Positions 38,059-49,306 of a stretch of 64,000 bases of DNA are shown here, in pieces. Positions within the stretch are counted from its first letter, which is position 1. Every line of letters begins with the position of its first letter. Position numbers and translations under genes: made by a program. The notes beneath the pieces were generated by a model, which ran no database searches, was not told the origin of the DNA, and saw only the letters and a program-made list of their open reading frames with translations. Location: NCBI GenBank assembly GCA_045636865.1, contig JAZTYJ010000023.1, positions 13,013 through 77,012 on the forward strand, in the 5' to 3' direction. This DNA comes from Eubacteriales bacterium. Lineage in GTDB: Bacteria > Bacillota > Clostridia > Oscillospirales > JAAYXM01.

Positions 38059-38553
38059 ATGAAAAAAGTAGGAATCGTTATGGGCAGCGACAGCGATTTG
38101 CCCATAATAAAGAAAGCGACGGATATGCTCGCTTCTCTCGAAATTCCGTTTGAAGTCCATATTTATTCGGCACATCGCACGCCCGAAGAAGCCAGAGCCT
38201 TTGCACTCTCTGCAAGAGAAAACGGTTTTGGTGCAATCATTGCCGCGGCGGGTATGGCGGCACACCTTGCGGGTGCAATTGCCGCAAACACAACTCTTCC
38301 CGTTATCGGCATTCCGTGCAAGTCGTCAAATCTCGACGGTATGGATGCGCTTCTTTCAACCGTTCAGATGCCGACAGGTATCCCGGTTGCAACGGTTGCG
38401 ATAAACGGCGGCGGAAACGCAGCTCTTTTGGCTGCGCAGATTATAGCAGTTGAAGATAAAGACCTTGCCGGGCGCCTTGATGCAAAAAGAAAAAAAGATG
38501 CGGCGGCAGTTCTTGAAAAAGACAAAAAAGTAGCAGAAGAATTAAACAAATAA
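38059..38553 (+). CDS. purE: N5-CAIR mutase / AIR carboxylase
   Basis: MGSDSD, SAHRTP, AAHLAG and STVQMP.GIPVATV; start at ATG 38059 after AAGGAGG. Confidence 0.96.
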   Translation: MKKVGIVMGSDSDLPIIKKATDMLASLEIPFEVHIYSAHRTPEEARAFALSARENGFGAIIAAAGMAAHLAGAIAANTTLPVIGIPCKSSNLDGMDALLSTVQMPTGIPVATVAINGGGNAALLAAQIIAVEDKDLAGRLDAKRKKDAAAVLEKDKKVAEELNK

Positions 38554-38570
38554 TTTAGGAGGATATAAAA

Positions 38571-39278
38571 ATGGAAAAGAAAGAAATGCTTTACGAAGGA
38601 AAGGCAAAAAGAGTTTACGCAACAGAAAACCCCGAGGTTTTGCTCGTTGACTACAAAGACGATGCAACAGCTTTCAACGGCCTTAAGAAGGGTACTATAT
38701 CAGGTAAAGGCGCAATCAATAACAGAGTTACAAACTTCATGATGCAGCTTCTTGAAAAAGAGGGCGTGCCGACTCATTTTGTAGAAGAACTTTCAGAGCG
38801 TGAAACACTTGTAAAGAAGGTTTCTATCGTTCCTCTTGAAGTTATCATCAGAAACATTTCTGCAGGCTCATTTGCAAAGCGTTACGGTGTTGACGAAGGT
38901 ATCGTTTTTGCTGAACCGACAATCGAATTCTCATACAAGAACGACGACCTCGGCGATCCGCTTATCAACGAGTATCACGCGCTCGCTCTCGGAGTTGCAA
39001 CAAAAGAAGAAATAGAGACTATCAAGTCTATGGCTTTCAAGGTTAACGAAGTTATGAAGGCATTCTTCAAGAAGCTCAATGTTGACCTTGTTGACTTCAA
39101 ACTTGAGTTTGGTAAGGTGGCAGACGGTTCAATCGTCCTTGCTGACGAAATTTCACCTGACACTTGCCGTTTCTGGGACAGCACAACTCACGAAAAGCTT
39201 GATAAGGACCGTTTCCGCCGTGATCTCGGAAACGTTGAAGATGCATACCAGGAAATGATGAAGAGAATTCTCGGCTAA
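38571..39278 (+). CDS. purC: SAICAR synthetase
   Basis: [22 protein letters not shown] and [10 protein letters not shown] motifs. Confidence 0.97.
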   Translation: MEKKEMLYEGKAKRVYATENPEVLLVDYKDDATAFNGLKKGTISGKGAINNRVTNFMMQLLEKEGVPTHFVEELSERETLVKKVSIVPLEVIIRNISAGSFAKRYGVDEGIVFAEPTIEFSYKNDDLGDPLINEYHALALGVATKEEIETIKSMAFKVNEVMKAFFKKLNVDLVDFKLEFGKVADGSIVLADEISPDTCRFWDSTTHEKLDKDRFRRDLGNVEDAYQEMMKRILG

Positions 39279-39297
39279 GTAACAGGGAGGAACAAAA

Positions 39298-40722
39298 ATG
39301 GGAGGCTTTTTCGGGGCAGTTTGCCGACACGATGCTCTCAGTGATGTTTTCTTCGGAACAGATTACCACTCACACCTTGGAACAAGACGTGCGGGTATCG
39401 CGGCATATGATGAGGAGATAGGACTTCAGCGAGAAATCCACAACATCCAGAATTCGCCGTTCCGAACAAAATTCGAGCATGTTTTTGATGAGATGCGCGG
39501 CACTTCCGCAATCGGTTGTATAAGTGACTATGATCCGCAGCCGCTTCTCATCAGATCGAATCTTGGTACCTATGCAATATGTGTTATAGGTATAATCAAC
39601 AATGCAAAAGAGCTTATTGACCATTATCTCTCTTTCAGCGGAGGTCACTTTGATGCAATGACAGGCGGAGGAGTCAACGGCACAGAGCTTGTTGCGGCAC
39701 TTATCAATCAGAAGAGTGATTTTGCCGATGGAATAAAATTTGCTCAAAAACAAATAGAAGGAACTGCGTCTATTCTGATTCTGAAAGAAGACGGCGTGCT
39801 TATAGCGGCAAGAGACCGACTCGGCAGGATTCCTGTTGTACTTGGCAAGAATGAAGATGGCTTTTGTGTTTCGTTTGAAGAGTTTGCATTTACAAAGCTC
39901 GGATACGAAAAAGAGAGAGAACTCGGTCCGGGAGAGATTGTTGAGATTTCGCTTGACGGAATCGAGCAGCTTGCAAAACCGGGCAAGAAGATGAAGATGT
40001 GTTCATTCCTCTGGAGCTACTACGGTTATCCGACTTCTACATATGAAGGAGTAAACGTTGAGGTTATGCGCTACCGCAACGGAAAAATCATGGCGCGCAA
40101 CGATGAAAAGCTCGGAAAGCTAAACGACATTGACTATGTCGGCGGTGTTCCGGATTCAGGAACTCCTCACGCAATCGGTTATGCAAACGAAACAGGGCTT
40201 CCTTTTGCAAGAGCGTTTATAAAATACACTCCGACCTGGGCAAGAAGCTTTACCCCGGCAGCTTCAAAAGAGCGCAAGAAGATTGCGAAAATGAAGCAGA
40301 TACCGGTTCATGAACTCATTCAGGGCAAGAAGCTTTTGTTTGTCGACGATTCAATCGTCCGAGGAACACAGCTTCGCGAAACGGTTGAATTTCTCTACGA
40401 CAACGGCGCAAAAGAGGTTCATATGCGATCAGCTTGTCCGCCCATTATGTACGGATGCAAGTACCTTAATTTCAGCCGCGCGACCAACGATATGGAACTC
40501 ATTGCCCGCAGAGTCATTATGGAGCTTGAGGGAGAAGAGGGTTTTAACCATATCGAAGAATACACAGATGCTTCAACCGAAAGAGGAAAGAATCTTCGTG
40601 AAAAAATCTGCGAAGAGTTGCACCTTGCGTCACTTGAATTCCAGTCACTTGAAGGTGTAATCGAATCTATCGGACTTGAACCGTGCAAACTTTGCACTTA
40701 CTGTTGGAACGGAAAGGAATAG
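39298..40722 (+). CDS. purF: amidophosphoribosyltransferase, atypical (no Cys1)
   Basis: [14 protein letters not shown] and PRPP loop VDDSIVRGT; 4Fe-4S Cys ligands; N terminus is MGGFFG. Confidence 0.9.
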   Translation: MGGFFGAVCRHDALSDVFFGTDYHSHLGTRRAGIAAYDEEIGLQREIHNIQNSPFRTKFEHVFDEMRGTSAIGCISDYDPQPLLIRSNLGTYAICVIGIINNAKELIDHYLSFSGGHFDAMTGGGVNGTELVAALINQKSDFADGIKFAQKQIEGTASILILKEDGVLIAARDRLGRIPVVLGKNEDGFCVSFEEFAFTKLGYEKERELGPGEIVEISLDGIEQLAKPGKKMKMCSFLWSYYGYPTSTYEGVNVEVMRYRNGKIMARNDEKLGKLNDIDYVGGVPDSGTPHAIGYANETGLPFARAFIKYTPTWARSFTPAASKERKKIAKMKQIPVHELIQGKKLLFVDDSIVRGTQLRETVEFLYDNGAKEVHMRSACPPIMYGCKYLNFSRATNDMELIARRVIMELEGEEGFNHIEEYTDASTERGKNLREKICEELHLASLEFQSLEGVIESIGLEPCKLCTYCWNGKE

Positions 40723-40727
40723 AAATT

Positions 40728-41765
40728 ATGAATATATCAAAATCAGACAGCTATGCAGCAGCAGGCGTTGATATTACAGCAGGATACAAAGCGGTTGAGC
40801 TTATGAAGCAGCACATCGCAAAGACAATGACAAGCGGTGTTTGCTCAGATGTAGGCGGATTTGGCGGTCTTTTCGAGCTTGACGTAACAGGTATGACGCG
40901 TCCCGTTCTCGTAAGCGGTACAGACGGTGTCGGAACAAAGCTCAAGCTTGCTTTTCTTATGGACAAGCACGACACAGTTGGTATCGACTGCGTTGCGATG
41001 TGTGTAAACGACATTATCTGCAGCGGTGCAAAGCCGCTTTTCTTCCTTGACTATATCGCCTGCGGTAAAAACGTTCCCGAAAAAATTGCAGATATCGTAA
41101 AGGGTGTTTGCGAGGGATGTGTTCAGTCGGGTGCTGCTCTCATCGGCGGCGAAACTGCAGAGATGCCGGGATTTTATCCGATAGATGAATATGACCTTGC
41201 AGGATACTGCACAGGCGTTGTTGATAAGTCAAAGATAATCGACAATAAGACAATGGCTCCGGGAGATGTAGTCATCGCGCTTGCTTCAAGCGGCGTTCAC
41301 TCAAACGGATTTTCTCTTGTTCGCAAGGTTTTCGACGTTGAAAACAGCGACATTAAGTCACCCGTCGAAGCTCTTGGAGGAAAGTCTGTGGGAGAGACGC
41401 TTCTCACACCGACGAAGATATACGTAAAGTCTATCCTCGCTCTTCTTGAGAAGGTTACCGTAAAGGGTATTTCTCACATCACGGGCGGAGGCTTCTATGA
41501 AAATATTCCGAGAAGCATTCCCGAAGGTCTCGGTGCAAAGATCGATAAGTCAAAGGTAAAAATTCTTCCGATATTTGACCTCATCGCAAAAACAGGCAGC
41601 ATCTCTGAACGCGATATGTTCAATACATTCAATATGGGTGTAGGTATGAGCGTTGTCGTAAAGGAAGAGGATGTTGAGACTGCTCTTGAAATTCTCAGGG
41701 CAAACGGCGAGGATGCTTATGTAATCGGCGAGATTATTGCATCTGACGAAAAGGTGATTTTATGA
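40728..41765 (+). CDS. purM: AIR synthetase
   Basis: [27 protein letters not shown] and HITGGG; start at ATG 40728. Confidence 0.97.
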   Translation: MNISKSDSYAAAGVDITAGYKAVELMKQHIAKTMTSGVCSDVGGFGGLFELDVTGMTRPVLVSGTDGVGTKLKLAFLMDKHDTVGIDCVAMCVNDIICSGAKPLFFLDYIACGKNVPEKIADIVKGVCEGCVQSGAALIGGETAEMPGFYPIDEYDLAGYCTGVVDKSKIIDNKTMAPGDVVIALASSGVHSNGFSLVRKVFDVENSDIKSPVEALGGKSVGETLLTPTKIYVKSILALLEKVTVKGISHITGGGFYENIPRSIPEGLGAKIDKSKVKILPIFDLIAKTGSISERDMFNTFNMGVGMSVVVKEEDVETALEILRANGEDAYVIGEIIASDEKVIL

Positions 41766-42361
41766 GAAGGGCAAGAATAGCTGTTCTTGTATCAGGCGGA
41801 GGAACAAATCTTCAGGCACTTATTGATGCCGAAAAGAAGGGTATCCTCAAAAGCGGAAAAATTGAGCTTGTAGTTTCAAATAAGGATGATGCATATGCTC
41901 TCACTCGTGCCGGGCGAGAGGGGATAAAAACTGCAGTAGTAAGAAAAAAAGATTATCCCGAAGTCGATGCGTTTGAGAAAAAGCTTATATCTCTTCTTGA
42001 CGACGAGAAAATCGACATTATCGTCCTTGCGGGATTTATGGCTATTTTGGGTGAGGTGTTTACATCCCATTATCCGAGGAGGATAATAAATGTTCATCCG
42101 TCGCTCATTCCGTCTTTCTGCGGAAAAGGGTTCTACGGACTTCGCGTTCACGAGGCGGCACTTGAGTACGGTGTAAAGGTTACGGGTGCAACGGTGCATT
42201 TTGTGAACGAAATTCCCGACGGCGGAGAGATAATTATGCAGAAGGCTGTTGCAATCCTTGAGGATGACACGGCAGAAACCCTGCAGAAACGCGTTATGCG
42301 CCTTGCTGAGTGGAAGATACTTCCCGAAGCGGTTGAAAAGGTATCGGCACAGATTATATAG
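41762..42361 (+). CDS. purN: GAR transformylase
   Basis: [19 protein letters not shown] and GATVHFV motifs. Confidence 0.96.
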   Translation: MRRARIAVLVSGGGTNLQALIDAEKKGILKSGKIELVVSNKDDAYALTRAGREGIKTAVVRKKDYPEVDAFEKKLISLLDDEKIDIIVLAGFMAILGEVFTSHYPRRIINVHPSLIPSFCGKGFYGLRVHEAALEYGVKVTGATVHFVNEIPDGGEIIMQKAVAILEDDTAETLQKRVMRLAEWKILPEAVEKVSAQII

Positions 42362-42385
42362 CTCTTTAGGGAGGAAAATTCAAGA

Positions 42386-43105
42386 ATGAACATCTATGAG
42401 ATTAACAATATTGAAAAGCAGGTAAAGGGAAATTCATACGTCGGTCGCGGTATCGTAATCGGCAAAACGGCAGACGGAAAAAAGGCTTGCTCTGCATACT
42501 TTATAATGGGCAGAAGTGCAAACAGCCGTAACCGTATCTTCACCGAGAAGAATGGTGATATTTTCACAGAGCCGTTTGATGCATCAAAGGTTGAGGATCC
42601 GAGCCTCATCATCTATGCGGCAATCCGTAGTTTTGAGAACAAACTCATCGTTACAAACGGCGACCAGACAGATACAATATATAACTTCGTAAAAGAGGGA
42701 AAGGGCTTTCGAGAATCGCTCAGAACCCGTGAGTTTGAACCGGATGCTCCGAACTTCACACCGAGAATCAGCGGTATGCTCACGTTTGAAAACGGAGATT
42801 TTACATACGAAATGAGCATCTTGAAGAGCATTGACGAAAAGGGCTCTGACTGTTGCCGTATGCACTTTGACTATCCGTCGGTAAACGGTCTCGGTCATTT
42901 TATCCACACATACATCTGCGATGGAAACCCGATCCCCACGTTCTGCGGTGAGCCGGAGAGAGTCGAGATTCAAAACGATATTGAAGAGTTTACAAACACT
43001 CTCTGGAATGCTCTTGATGAAGAAAATAAGATTTCACTTTACGTCCGTTATACAGACATTGAAACAGGCAAGTATGACGAGAAACTTATAAACAAAAATA
43101 AGTAA
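42386..43105 (+). CDS. stand-alone IMP cyclohydrolase (archaeal PurO-like family)
   Basis: YVGRGI, YFIMGRSANSRNR, TNGDQTD and EPDAPNFTPRISG motifs; adjacent to a PurH that lacks the IMPCH domain. Confidence 0.82.
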   Translation: MNIYEINNIEKQVKGNSYVGRGIVIGKTADGKKACSAYFIMGRSANSRNRIFTEKNGDIFTEPFDASKVEDPSLIIYAAIRSFENKLIVTNGDQTDTIYNFVKEGKGFRESLRTREFEPDAPNFTPRISGMLTFENGDFTYEMSILKSIDEKGSDCCRMHFDYPSVNGLGHFIHTYICDGNPIPTFCGEPERVEIQNDIEEFTNTLWNALDEENKISLYVRYTDIETGKYDEKLINKNK

Positions 43106-43118
43106 GGAGAATATACCG

Positions 43119-44303
43119 ATGAAGGAATTTGAACTTAAGTACGGATGTAATCCGAATCAGAAACCGTCTAAAATATTTATGGAAAACGGCGCTGACCTCC
43201 CGATTGAAATTTTATCGGGCAGACCGGGATATATCAATTTTCTTGACGCATTCAATGCATGGCAGCTTGTTCGCGAACTCAAGATAGCACTCGGACTTCC
43301 TGCGGCAACATCTTTCAAGCACGTAAGCCCGACATCTGCAGCAGTTGGAATTCCTCTCTCGGATAAGCTTAAAAAGGCTTGCTTTGTAGACGACGTTGAA
43401 GGTCTTGATGAGTCTCCGCTTGCCTGTGCATATGCAAGAGCAAGAGGTACAGACAGAATGTGCTCATTCGGCGACTGGGTTGCGCTTTCAGACGTCTGCG
43501 ACGTCACAACAGCAAAGATGATCAAGCGTGAGGTTTCAGACGGTATCATAGCTCCGGGATATGAGCCGGAAGCACTTGAAATCTTAAAAACAAAGAGAAA
43601 AGGCAACTACAACATTGTAAAGATTGACGAAAACTATGTCCCCGAACTTATCGAGCGCAAGCAGGTTTTCGGAATCACATTTGAGCAGGGAAGAAACAAC
43701 TTCGAAATCAACCGCGCTCTTCTTGAGAATGTTGTGACAGCAAATAAGAATATGCCCGAAGAGGCTGTTCGCGACCTTATCGTCGCACTCATCACACTTA
43801 AATACACTCAGTCAAACTCCGTATGCTATGCAGTTGACGGACAGGCTATCGGCGTAGGTGCAGGTCAGCAGTCAAGAATCCATTGCACACGCCTTGCAGG
43901 AACAAAGGCTGACACGTGGTTTTTGCGTCAGCACGAAAAAGTCCTCAACCTTCCGTTTAAGGAGGATATCGGACGTCCTGACCGCGACAATGTAATCGAC
44001 GGTTACATAAACAAGAACGAAGAGGACGTCTGCGCAGACGGAAACTGGGAACGCTTCTTCACAAAGAAGCCCGAGCCGTTTACACATGAAGAAATGCGTG
44101 CATACCTTGATACAATCAAGGGTGTAGCTCTCGGCTCTGATGCATTTTTCCCGTTTGCAGACAATATTGACCGTGCGGCAATGAGTGGTGTAAGCTACAT
44201 CGCAGAGCCGGGCGGATCTATAAGAGATGACCTTGTAATCGAGTGCTGTGATAAGCACAACATCGCAATGGCATTCACAGGTATGCGCCTGTTCCACCAT
44301 TAA
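43119..44303 (+). CDS. purH: AICAR transformylase (C-terminal PurH domain only)
   Basis: Starts at LKYGCNPNQ; SFKHVSP, KYTQSNSV, GAGQQSR, SDAFFPF and RLFHH motifs. Confidence 0.92.
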   Translation: MKEFELKYGCNPNQKPSKIFMENGADLPIEILSGRPGYINFLDAFNAWQLVRELKIALGLPAATSFKHVSPTSAAVGIPLSDKLKKACFVDDVEGLDESPLACAYARARGTDRMCSFGDWVALSDVCDVTTAKMIKREVSDGIIAPGYEPEALEILKTKRKGNYNIVKIDENYVPELIERKQVFGITFEQGRNNFEINRALLENVVTANKNMPEEAVRDLIVALITLKYTQSNSVCYAVDGQAIGVGAGQQSRIHCTRLAGTKADTWFLRQHEKVLNLPFKEDIGRPDRDNVIDGYINKNEEDVCADGNWERFFTKKPEPFTHEEMRAYLDTIKGVALGSDAFFPFADNIDRAAMSGVSYIAEPGGSIRDDLVIECCDKHNIAMAFTGMRLFHH

Positions 44304-44321
44304 TATACGGAGGCTACCATT

Positions 44322-45590
44322 ATGAAGATTATGGTTGTTGGTGGCGGCGGACGCGAGCATGCCATCATTAAGAAAATTAAACTCAATAAAAACGTAGAGC
44401 AGATTTTTGCAGTGCCCGGAAACGGCGGTATGGCAAAGGAAGCTACCTGCGTTGATATTTCGGCAAAGGATATTCCTGCAATAGTTGATTTTGCTCTTGA
44501 GAACAAAGTCGACTATGCAATCGTTGCACCGGATGACCCGCTTGTTCTCGGCGCAGTTGATGCTCTCGGAGAAAAGGGAATTCCGTGCTTCGGTCCGCGT
44601 GCAAATGCCGCGATAATCGAGGGAAGTAAGGTTTTTTCAAAGAACCTTATGAAGAAATACAATATCCCGACTGCGACGTACGAAGTTTTTGATGATGCAG
44701 AGAAGGCCCTTGCATATCTTGAAACTGCACCGATTCCGACAGTTGTAAAGGCAGATGGCCTTGCACTCGGAAAAGGCGTTATCATCGCGGAAACACGCGA
44801 AGACGCAAAGGATGCAGTCCGTTCAATGATGAACGACAAAGCATTCGGCAAAAGCGGTGAGACGGTTGTCATCGAGGAGTTTCTCACGGGTCCTGAGGTA
44901 TCTGTTCTTGCATTTACCGACGGCAAAACAGTAGTCCCGATGGTTTCATCGATGGACCACAAGCGAATCGGCGATAACGACACAGGTCTCAACACCGGTG
45001 GTATGGGAACTGTTGCTCCGAACCCGTATTACACAAAGGAAATCGCAGAGTTGTGCATGAAGACAATCTTCCTTCCTACAATTGATGCGATGAATAAAGA
45101 GGGCAGAACCTTCAAGGGATGTCTCTATTTCGGACTTATGCTCACTCCGAACGGTCCGAAGGTTATCGAATACAACTGCCGTTTCGGAGATCCCGAAACA
45201 CAGGTAGTTCTTCCGCTTCTTGAGAGCGATCTTCTCACGGTTATGCAGGCGGTTACGAACGAAACACTTGATGACTGTGAAGTTAAGTTTTCAGATAAGA
45301 GTGCGTGTTGCGTAATTATGGCATCAAAGGGCTATCCGACGGCTTATGAAAAGGGATTTGAAATTGATATTCCCGAAGAAATTTTTGACAACGTCTACGT
45401 TGCAGGTGCAAGCATAAAGGACGGTAGACTTTGTACAAACGGAGGACGAGTTCTCGGTGCAACTGCTGTGGCTGAAAATCTTGAAAATGCAGTTGCAGAT
45501 GCTTACAAGCTTGTTTCAAAAATTAAGTTTGAAAACGCATATTACAGAAGTGATATAGGCAGAAAGGCGCTTTCTGCGAAGGGGGAATAA
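44322..45590 (+). CDS. purD: phosphoribosylamine--glycine ligase
   Basis: GGGGREHA, KADGLALGKGV, NTGGMG and RFGDPETQ motifs. Confidence 0.97.
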   Translation: MKIMVVGGGGREHAIIKKIKLNKNVEQIFAVPGNGGMAKEATCVDISAKDIPAIVDFALENKVDYAIVAPDDPLVLGAVDALGEKGIPCFGPRANAAIIEGSKVFSKNLMKKYNIPTATYEVFDDAEKALAYLETAPIPTVVKADGLALGKGVIIAETREDAKDAVRSMMNDKAFGKSGETVVIEEFLTGPEVSVLAFTDGKTVVPMVSSMDHKRIGDNDTGLNTGGMGTVAPNPYYTKEIAELCMKTIFLPTIDAMNKEGRTFKGCLYFGLMLTPNGPKVIEYNCRFGDPETQVVLPLLESDLLTVMQAVTNETLDDCEVKFSDKSACCVIMASKGYPTAYEKGFEIDIPEEIFDNVYVAGASIKDGRLCTNGGRVLGATAVAENLENAVADAYKLVSKIKFENAYYRSDIGRKALSAKGE

Positions 45591-45594
45591 GAGT

Positions 45595-48500
45595 ATGGTA
45601 TATCGAGTTTATGTTGAAAAGAAAAAAGAGCTTGCGAACGAAGCACGTGCTCTTCTCTCCGATGCACAGGCGCTTCTCGGCATCAAGAGCCTTACAAATG
45701 TTCGCATCATAAACAGATATGATGCAGAAAATATAACCGAAGAGCTTTTTGAATATGCGAAGAAGACGGTTTTTTCAGAACCGCAGCTCGATATTGTTAC
45801 AGACGATATCAGCCTCTGCTGTGATGCAAAGGCATTTGCGGTAGAATATCTTCCGGGTCAGTTTGACCAGCGCGCAGACTCTGCTGCACAGTGTATCCAG
45901 ATTATCTCGCAGACAGACCGTCCGACAATCCGCACAGCAAAGGTTTACCTCCTTTACGGTGAGCTTACTGATGCTGATGTTGCGGAAATCAAAAAGTATG
46001 TTATTAACCCGGTTGAGGCAAGAGAAGCAGCGCTTTCAAAGCCGGAAACCTTAAAGGCTGATTATGACATTCCGACAGAAGTTGAAACGCTTGACGGATT
46101 TATTTCACTTGACCGCAAGGGACTTGAAGGCTTCGTTTCAAAATATGGTCTTGCTATGGATGCAGACGATATTGAATTCTGTCAGAAATACTTTATAGAA
46201 GAGGGAAGAAATCCGACCATCACGGAAATCAGAATGATAGATACATACTGGTCAGATCATTGCCGTCATACGACCTTCCTTACAACTATCGATGATGTCA
46301 AATTTGAGGATGCACTTTTGCAGAAGACATATGAGGAATACGTTGATGTCCGCCGTCAGCTCGGCAGAACAAAACCCATCTGCCTTATGGATCTTGCGAC
46401 AGTTGCAGTAAAGTATCTTCGTGCAAACGGAGAGCTTGACCGCCTCGACGAATCAGAGGAAATCAACGCATGTACCGTTAAAATCGATGTGGATGTTGAC
46501 GGTGTCAGCGAGCCGTGGCTTCTTCTCTTCAAGAACGAAACCCACAACCACCCGACAGAAATCGAGCCGTTCGGTGGTGCTGCAACATGTATCGGCGGTG
46601 CTATCCGCGACCCGCTTTCAGGTCGTTCGTATGTTTACGGTGCAATGCGCGTAACAGGTGCGGCAAACCCGTTAAAGCCTGTCAGTGAAACTATGAAGGG
46701 TAAGCTCCCGCAGAGAAAGATTGTTACTACTGCGGCGGCAGGCTATTCATCATACGGCAACCAGATCGGTCTTGCAACAGGTATTGTTGACGAGATTTAT
46801 CACGAAGGCTATGCGGCAAAGCGTATGGAAATCGGTGCGGTTATTGCAGCAGCTCCGCAGGAGAACGTCAGAAGAGAAAGACCGAATCCGGGAGACATAG
46901 TCATCCTTCTCGGCGGTGCTACAGGTCGCGACGGTTGCGGCGCTGCTACAGGTTCATCAAAATCACATACTGCAGACTCGCTTGAAACCTGCGGTGCAGA
47001 GGTTCAGAAGGGTAATGCACCTGAGGAGAGAAAGCTTCAGCGTCTCTTCAGAAATCCCGAGGCAAGCAAGCTTATAAAGCGTTGCAACGACTTCGGTGCA
47101 GGCGGCGTTTCTGTTGCTATCGGTGAGCTTGCAGACGGTCTTGAAATCAACCTCGATGCAGTACCGAAGAAGTACGACGGCCTCGACGGTACAGAGCTTG
47201 CCATAAGCGAATCGCAGGAGCGAATGGCTTGCGTTGTTGAGGCAAAGGATAAAGAACGTTTCCTTACTCTTGCTGCAGAAGAAAACCTCTCTGCCTGCCC
47301 GGTTGCGGTGGTTACGGAAAGCCCGAGACTCGTCATGAACTGGAACGGCAAGAAGATTGTTGACATCAGCCGTGACTTCTTAAATTCCAACGGTGCAGAA
47401 AAGCACATCACGGTTGAGACAACAAAACCAAACCTTGAAAATAAGAAAATCGGAAGCTCATTTGCCGAGAACTACAAGAAGATGGCAGATGACCTCAACA
47501 TATGCTCAAAGCGCGGTCTTTCAGAGCGCTTTGACTCTACAATCGGCGCAGGAACAGTTCTTATGCCGTTTGGCGGCAAGAATCAGCTCACGCCGATTCA
47601 GGCAATGGTTCAGAAGATTTCTGTTGAAAAGAAGCATACGGATACCTGCTCATTTATGTCATGGGGCTACAACCCGTTCCTCACAGAGCAGAGCCCGTAT
47701 CACGGTGCATATATGGCGGTTGTTGAGTCTGTATGCAAGCTCATCGCAACAGGTGCTGACTTTAGCGAAGTTTATCTCACATTCCAGGAATACTTTGAGC
47801 GTCTCGGTCGCGATCCGAAGAGATGGGGAAAACCCATGGCGGCTCTTCTCGGTGCGTTCAAGGCACAGATGGAGCTCAAAATCGGCTCTATCGGCGGTAA
47901 GGACTCTATGAGCGGCTCTTTTGAGGATCTTGATGTTCCGCCGACGCTCGTATCCTTTGCAGTTACCTGCGGTAAGGTTTCGGATGTAATCTCTCCAGAG
48001 TTTAAAAAGGCAGGAAATAAGGTTTATTGTCTTGGCGCGGAGTTTGATGAGAATAACTTGCCGAAGACAGAATCACTCCTTGCGTTGTTTGACAAGGTAA
48101 CAAAGCTTATGCGCGACGGCAAGATCGTTGCATGCTATACACCGGGTCTTGGCGGTATCGCAGAAGCTGTTATGAAGATGGCATTCGGCAACGGATTTGG
48201 GTTTGACTTTAGCGATAAGCTCAATGCTGAAAAGCTTTTCGGCTACAGCTATGCTTCGTTCGTATTTGAAGCAACAGAAGAAATTCCCGATGCTGAGTTT
48301 ATCGGAACAATAACAGATAAAGACGCATTCGTTCTCGGTTCGGAAAGTGTTCCGGTATCAAAGCTTCTCGGAGTATATGAAGACAAACTTGAGAGTGTAT
48401 TCCCGTGCAATATTAAGCAGGAGGGCACAACGGTCGAAAACTTCTGTTTTGAGGGTAAGGAAGTTCTTGCTCCGGCTATAAGGGTTGCAAAACCAAAGGT

Positions 48501-49287
48501 TTTGATTCCGGCGTTCCCGGGAACAAACTGCGAGTTCGATTCAGCGAAGGCTGTAAGAGATGCAGGGGCAGAGCCTGAAATATTTGTTATCAAGAACCTC
48601 TCTTCAGATGCCATAAAGAGAAGCACGGAAGAGTTTGCAAAGAAACTCCGTGACTCACAGATAGTATTTGTTCCGGGTGGTTTCTCGGGTGGTGACGAGC
48701 CGGACGGAAGCGGAAAGTTTATTACAGCATTCTTCAGAAACAATGCTATCAAAGAAGGTGTAACAGAGCTTCTTGAAAAGAGAGACGGTCTTATGTGTGG
48801 TATCTGTAACGGATTCCAGGCACTTATAAAGCTCGGTCTTGTTCCGTATGGTAAGATTATCGACACCGACGAAAATTGTCCGACTCTCACATTCAACACA
48901 ATCGCACGTCACCAGTCAAGAATTGTAAGAACACGCATCGCTTCAAACAAGTCTCCGTGGCTTTCACTCACAAATGTGGGCGACGTTTATGCAGTTCCTA
49001 TTTCTCACGGTGAAGGTCGTTTCCTTGCCGACGAAGCTCTTATCAAAAAGCTTGCAGAAAACGGTCAGATTGCAACGCAGTACGTTGACCTTGAAGGTAA
49101 TGCTACGAGCGACGTTGCATTTAACCCGAACAACTCAATGTATGCAATAGAGGGTATAACATCACCCGACGGCAGAGTATTCGGTAAAATGGGACACAGT
49201 GAGCGCGTGGGTAGCGGTCTTTATAAGAACGTTTGCGGAAATTATGATATCCGTATGTTTGAAGCGGCGGTAAAATACTTCAAATAG
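45595..49287 (+). CDS. purL: FGAM synthase, fused large type
   Basis: WSDHCRH, ETHNHP, DFGAGG and SESQERM; C-terminal glutaminase [12 protein letters not shown] and GHSER. Confidence 0.96.
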   Translation: MVYRVYVEKKKELANEARALLSDAQALLGIKSLTNVRIINRYDAENITEELFEYAKKTVFSEPQLDIVTDDISLCCDAKAFAVEYLPGQFDQRADSAAQCIQIISQTDRPTIRTAKVYLLYGELTDADVAEIKKYVINPVEAREAALSKPETLKADYDIPTEVETLDGFISLDRKGLEGFVSKYGLAMDADDIEFCQKYFIEEGRNPTITEIRMIDTYWSDHCRHTTFLTTIDDVKFEDALLQKTYEEYVDVRRQLGRTKPICLMDLATVAVKYLRANGELDRLDESEEINACTVKIDVDVDGVSEPWLLLFKNETHNHPTEIEPFGGAATCIGGAIRDPLSGRSYVYGAMRVTGAANPLKPVSETMKGKLPQRKIVTTAAAGYSSYGNQIGLATGIVDEIYHEGYAAKRMEIGAVIAAAPQENVRRERPNPGDIVILLGGATGRDGCGAATGSSKSHTADSLETCGAEVQKGNAPEERKLQRLFRNPEASKLIKRCNDFGAGGVSVAIGELADGLEINLDAVPKKYDGLDGTELAISESQERMACVVEAKDKERFLTLAAEENLSACPVAVVTESPRLVMNWNGKKIVDISRDFLNSNGAEKHITVETTKPNLENKKIGSSFAENYKKMADDLNICSKRGLSERFDSTIGAGTVLMPFGGKNQLTPIQAMVQKISVEKKHTDTCSFMSWGYNPFLTEQSPYHGAYMAVVESVCKLIATGADFSEVYLTFQEYFERLGRDPKRWGKPMAALLGAFKAQMELKIGSIGGKDSMSGSFEDLDVPPTLVSFAVTCGKVSDVISPEFKKAGNKVYCLGAEFDENNLPKTESLLALFDKVTKLMRDGKIVACYTPGLGGIAEAVMKMAFGNGFGFDFSDKLNAEKLFGYSYASFVFEATEEIPDAEFIGTITDKDAFVLGSESVPVSKLLGVYEDKLESVFPCNIKQEGTTVENFCFEGKEVLAPAIRVAKPKVLIPAFPGTNCEFDSAKAVRDAGAEPEIFVIKNLSSDAIKRSTEEFAKKLRDSQIVFVPGGFSGGDEPDGSGKFITAFFRNNAIKEGVTELLEKRDGLMCGICNGFQALIKLGLVPYGKIIDTDENCPTLTFNTIARHQSRIVRTRIASNKSPWLSLTNVGDVYAVPISHGEGRFLADEALIKKLAENGQIATQYVDLEGNATSDVAFNPNNSMYAIEGITSPDGRVFGKMGHSERVGSGLYKNVCGNYDIRMFEAAVKYFK

Positions 49288-49306
49288 AGATTTGGAGGTG
49301 TTTTGG

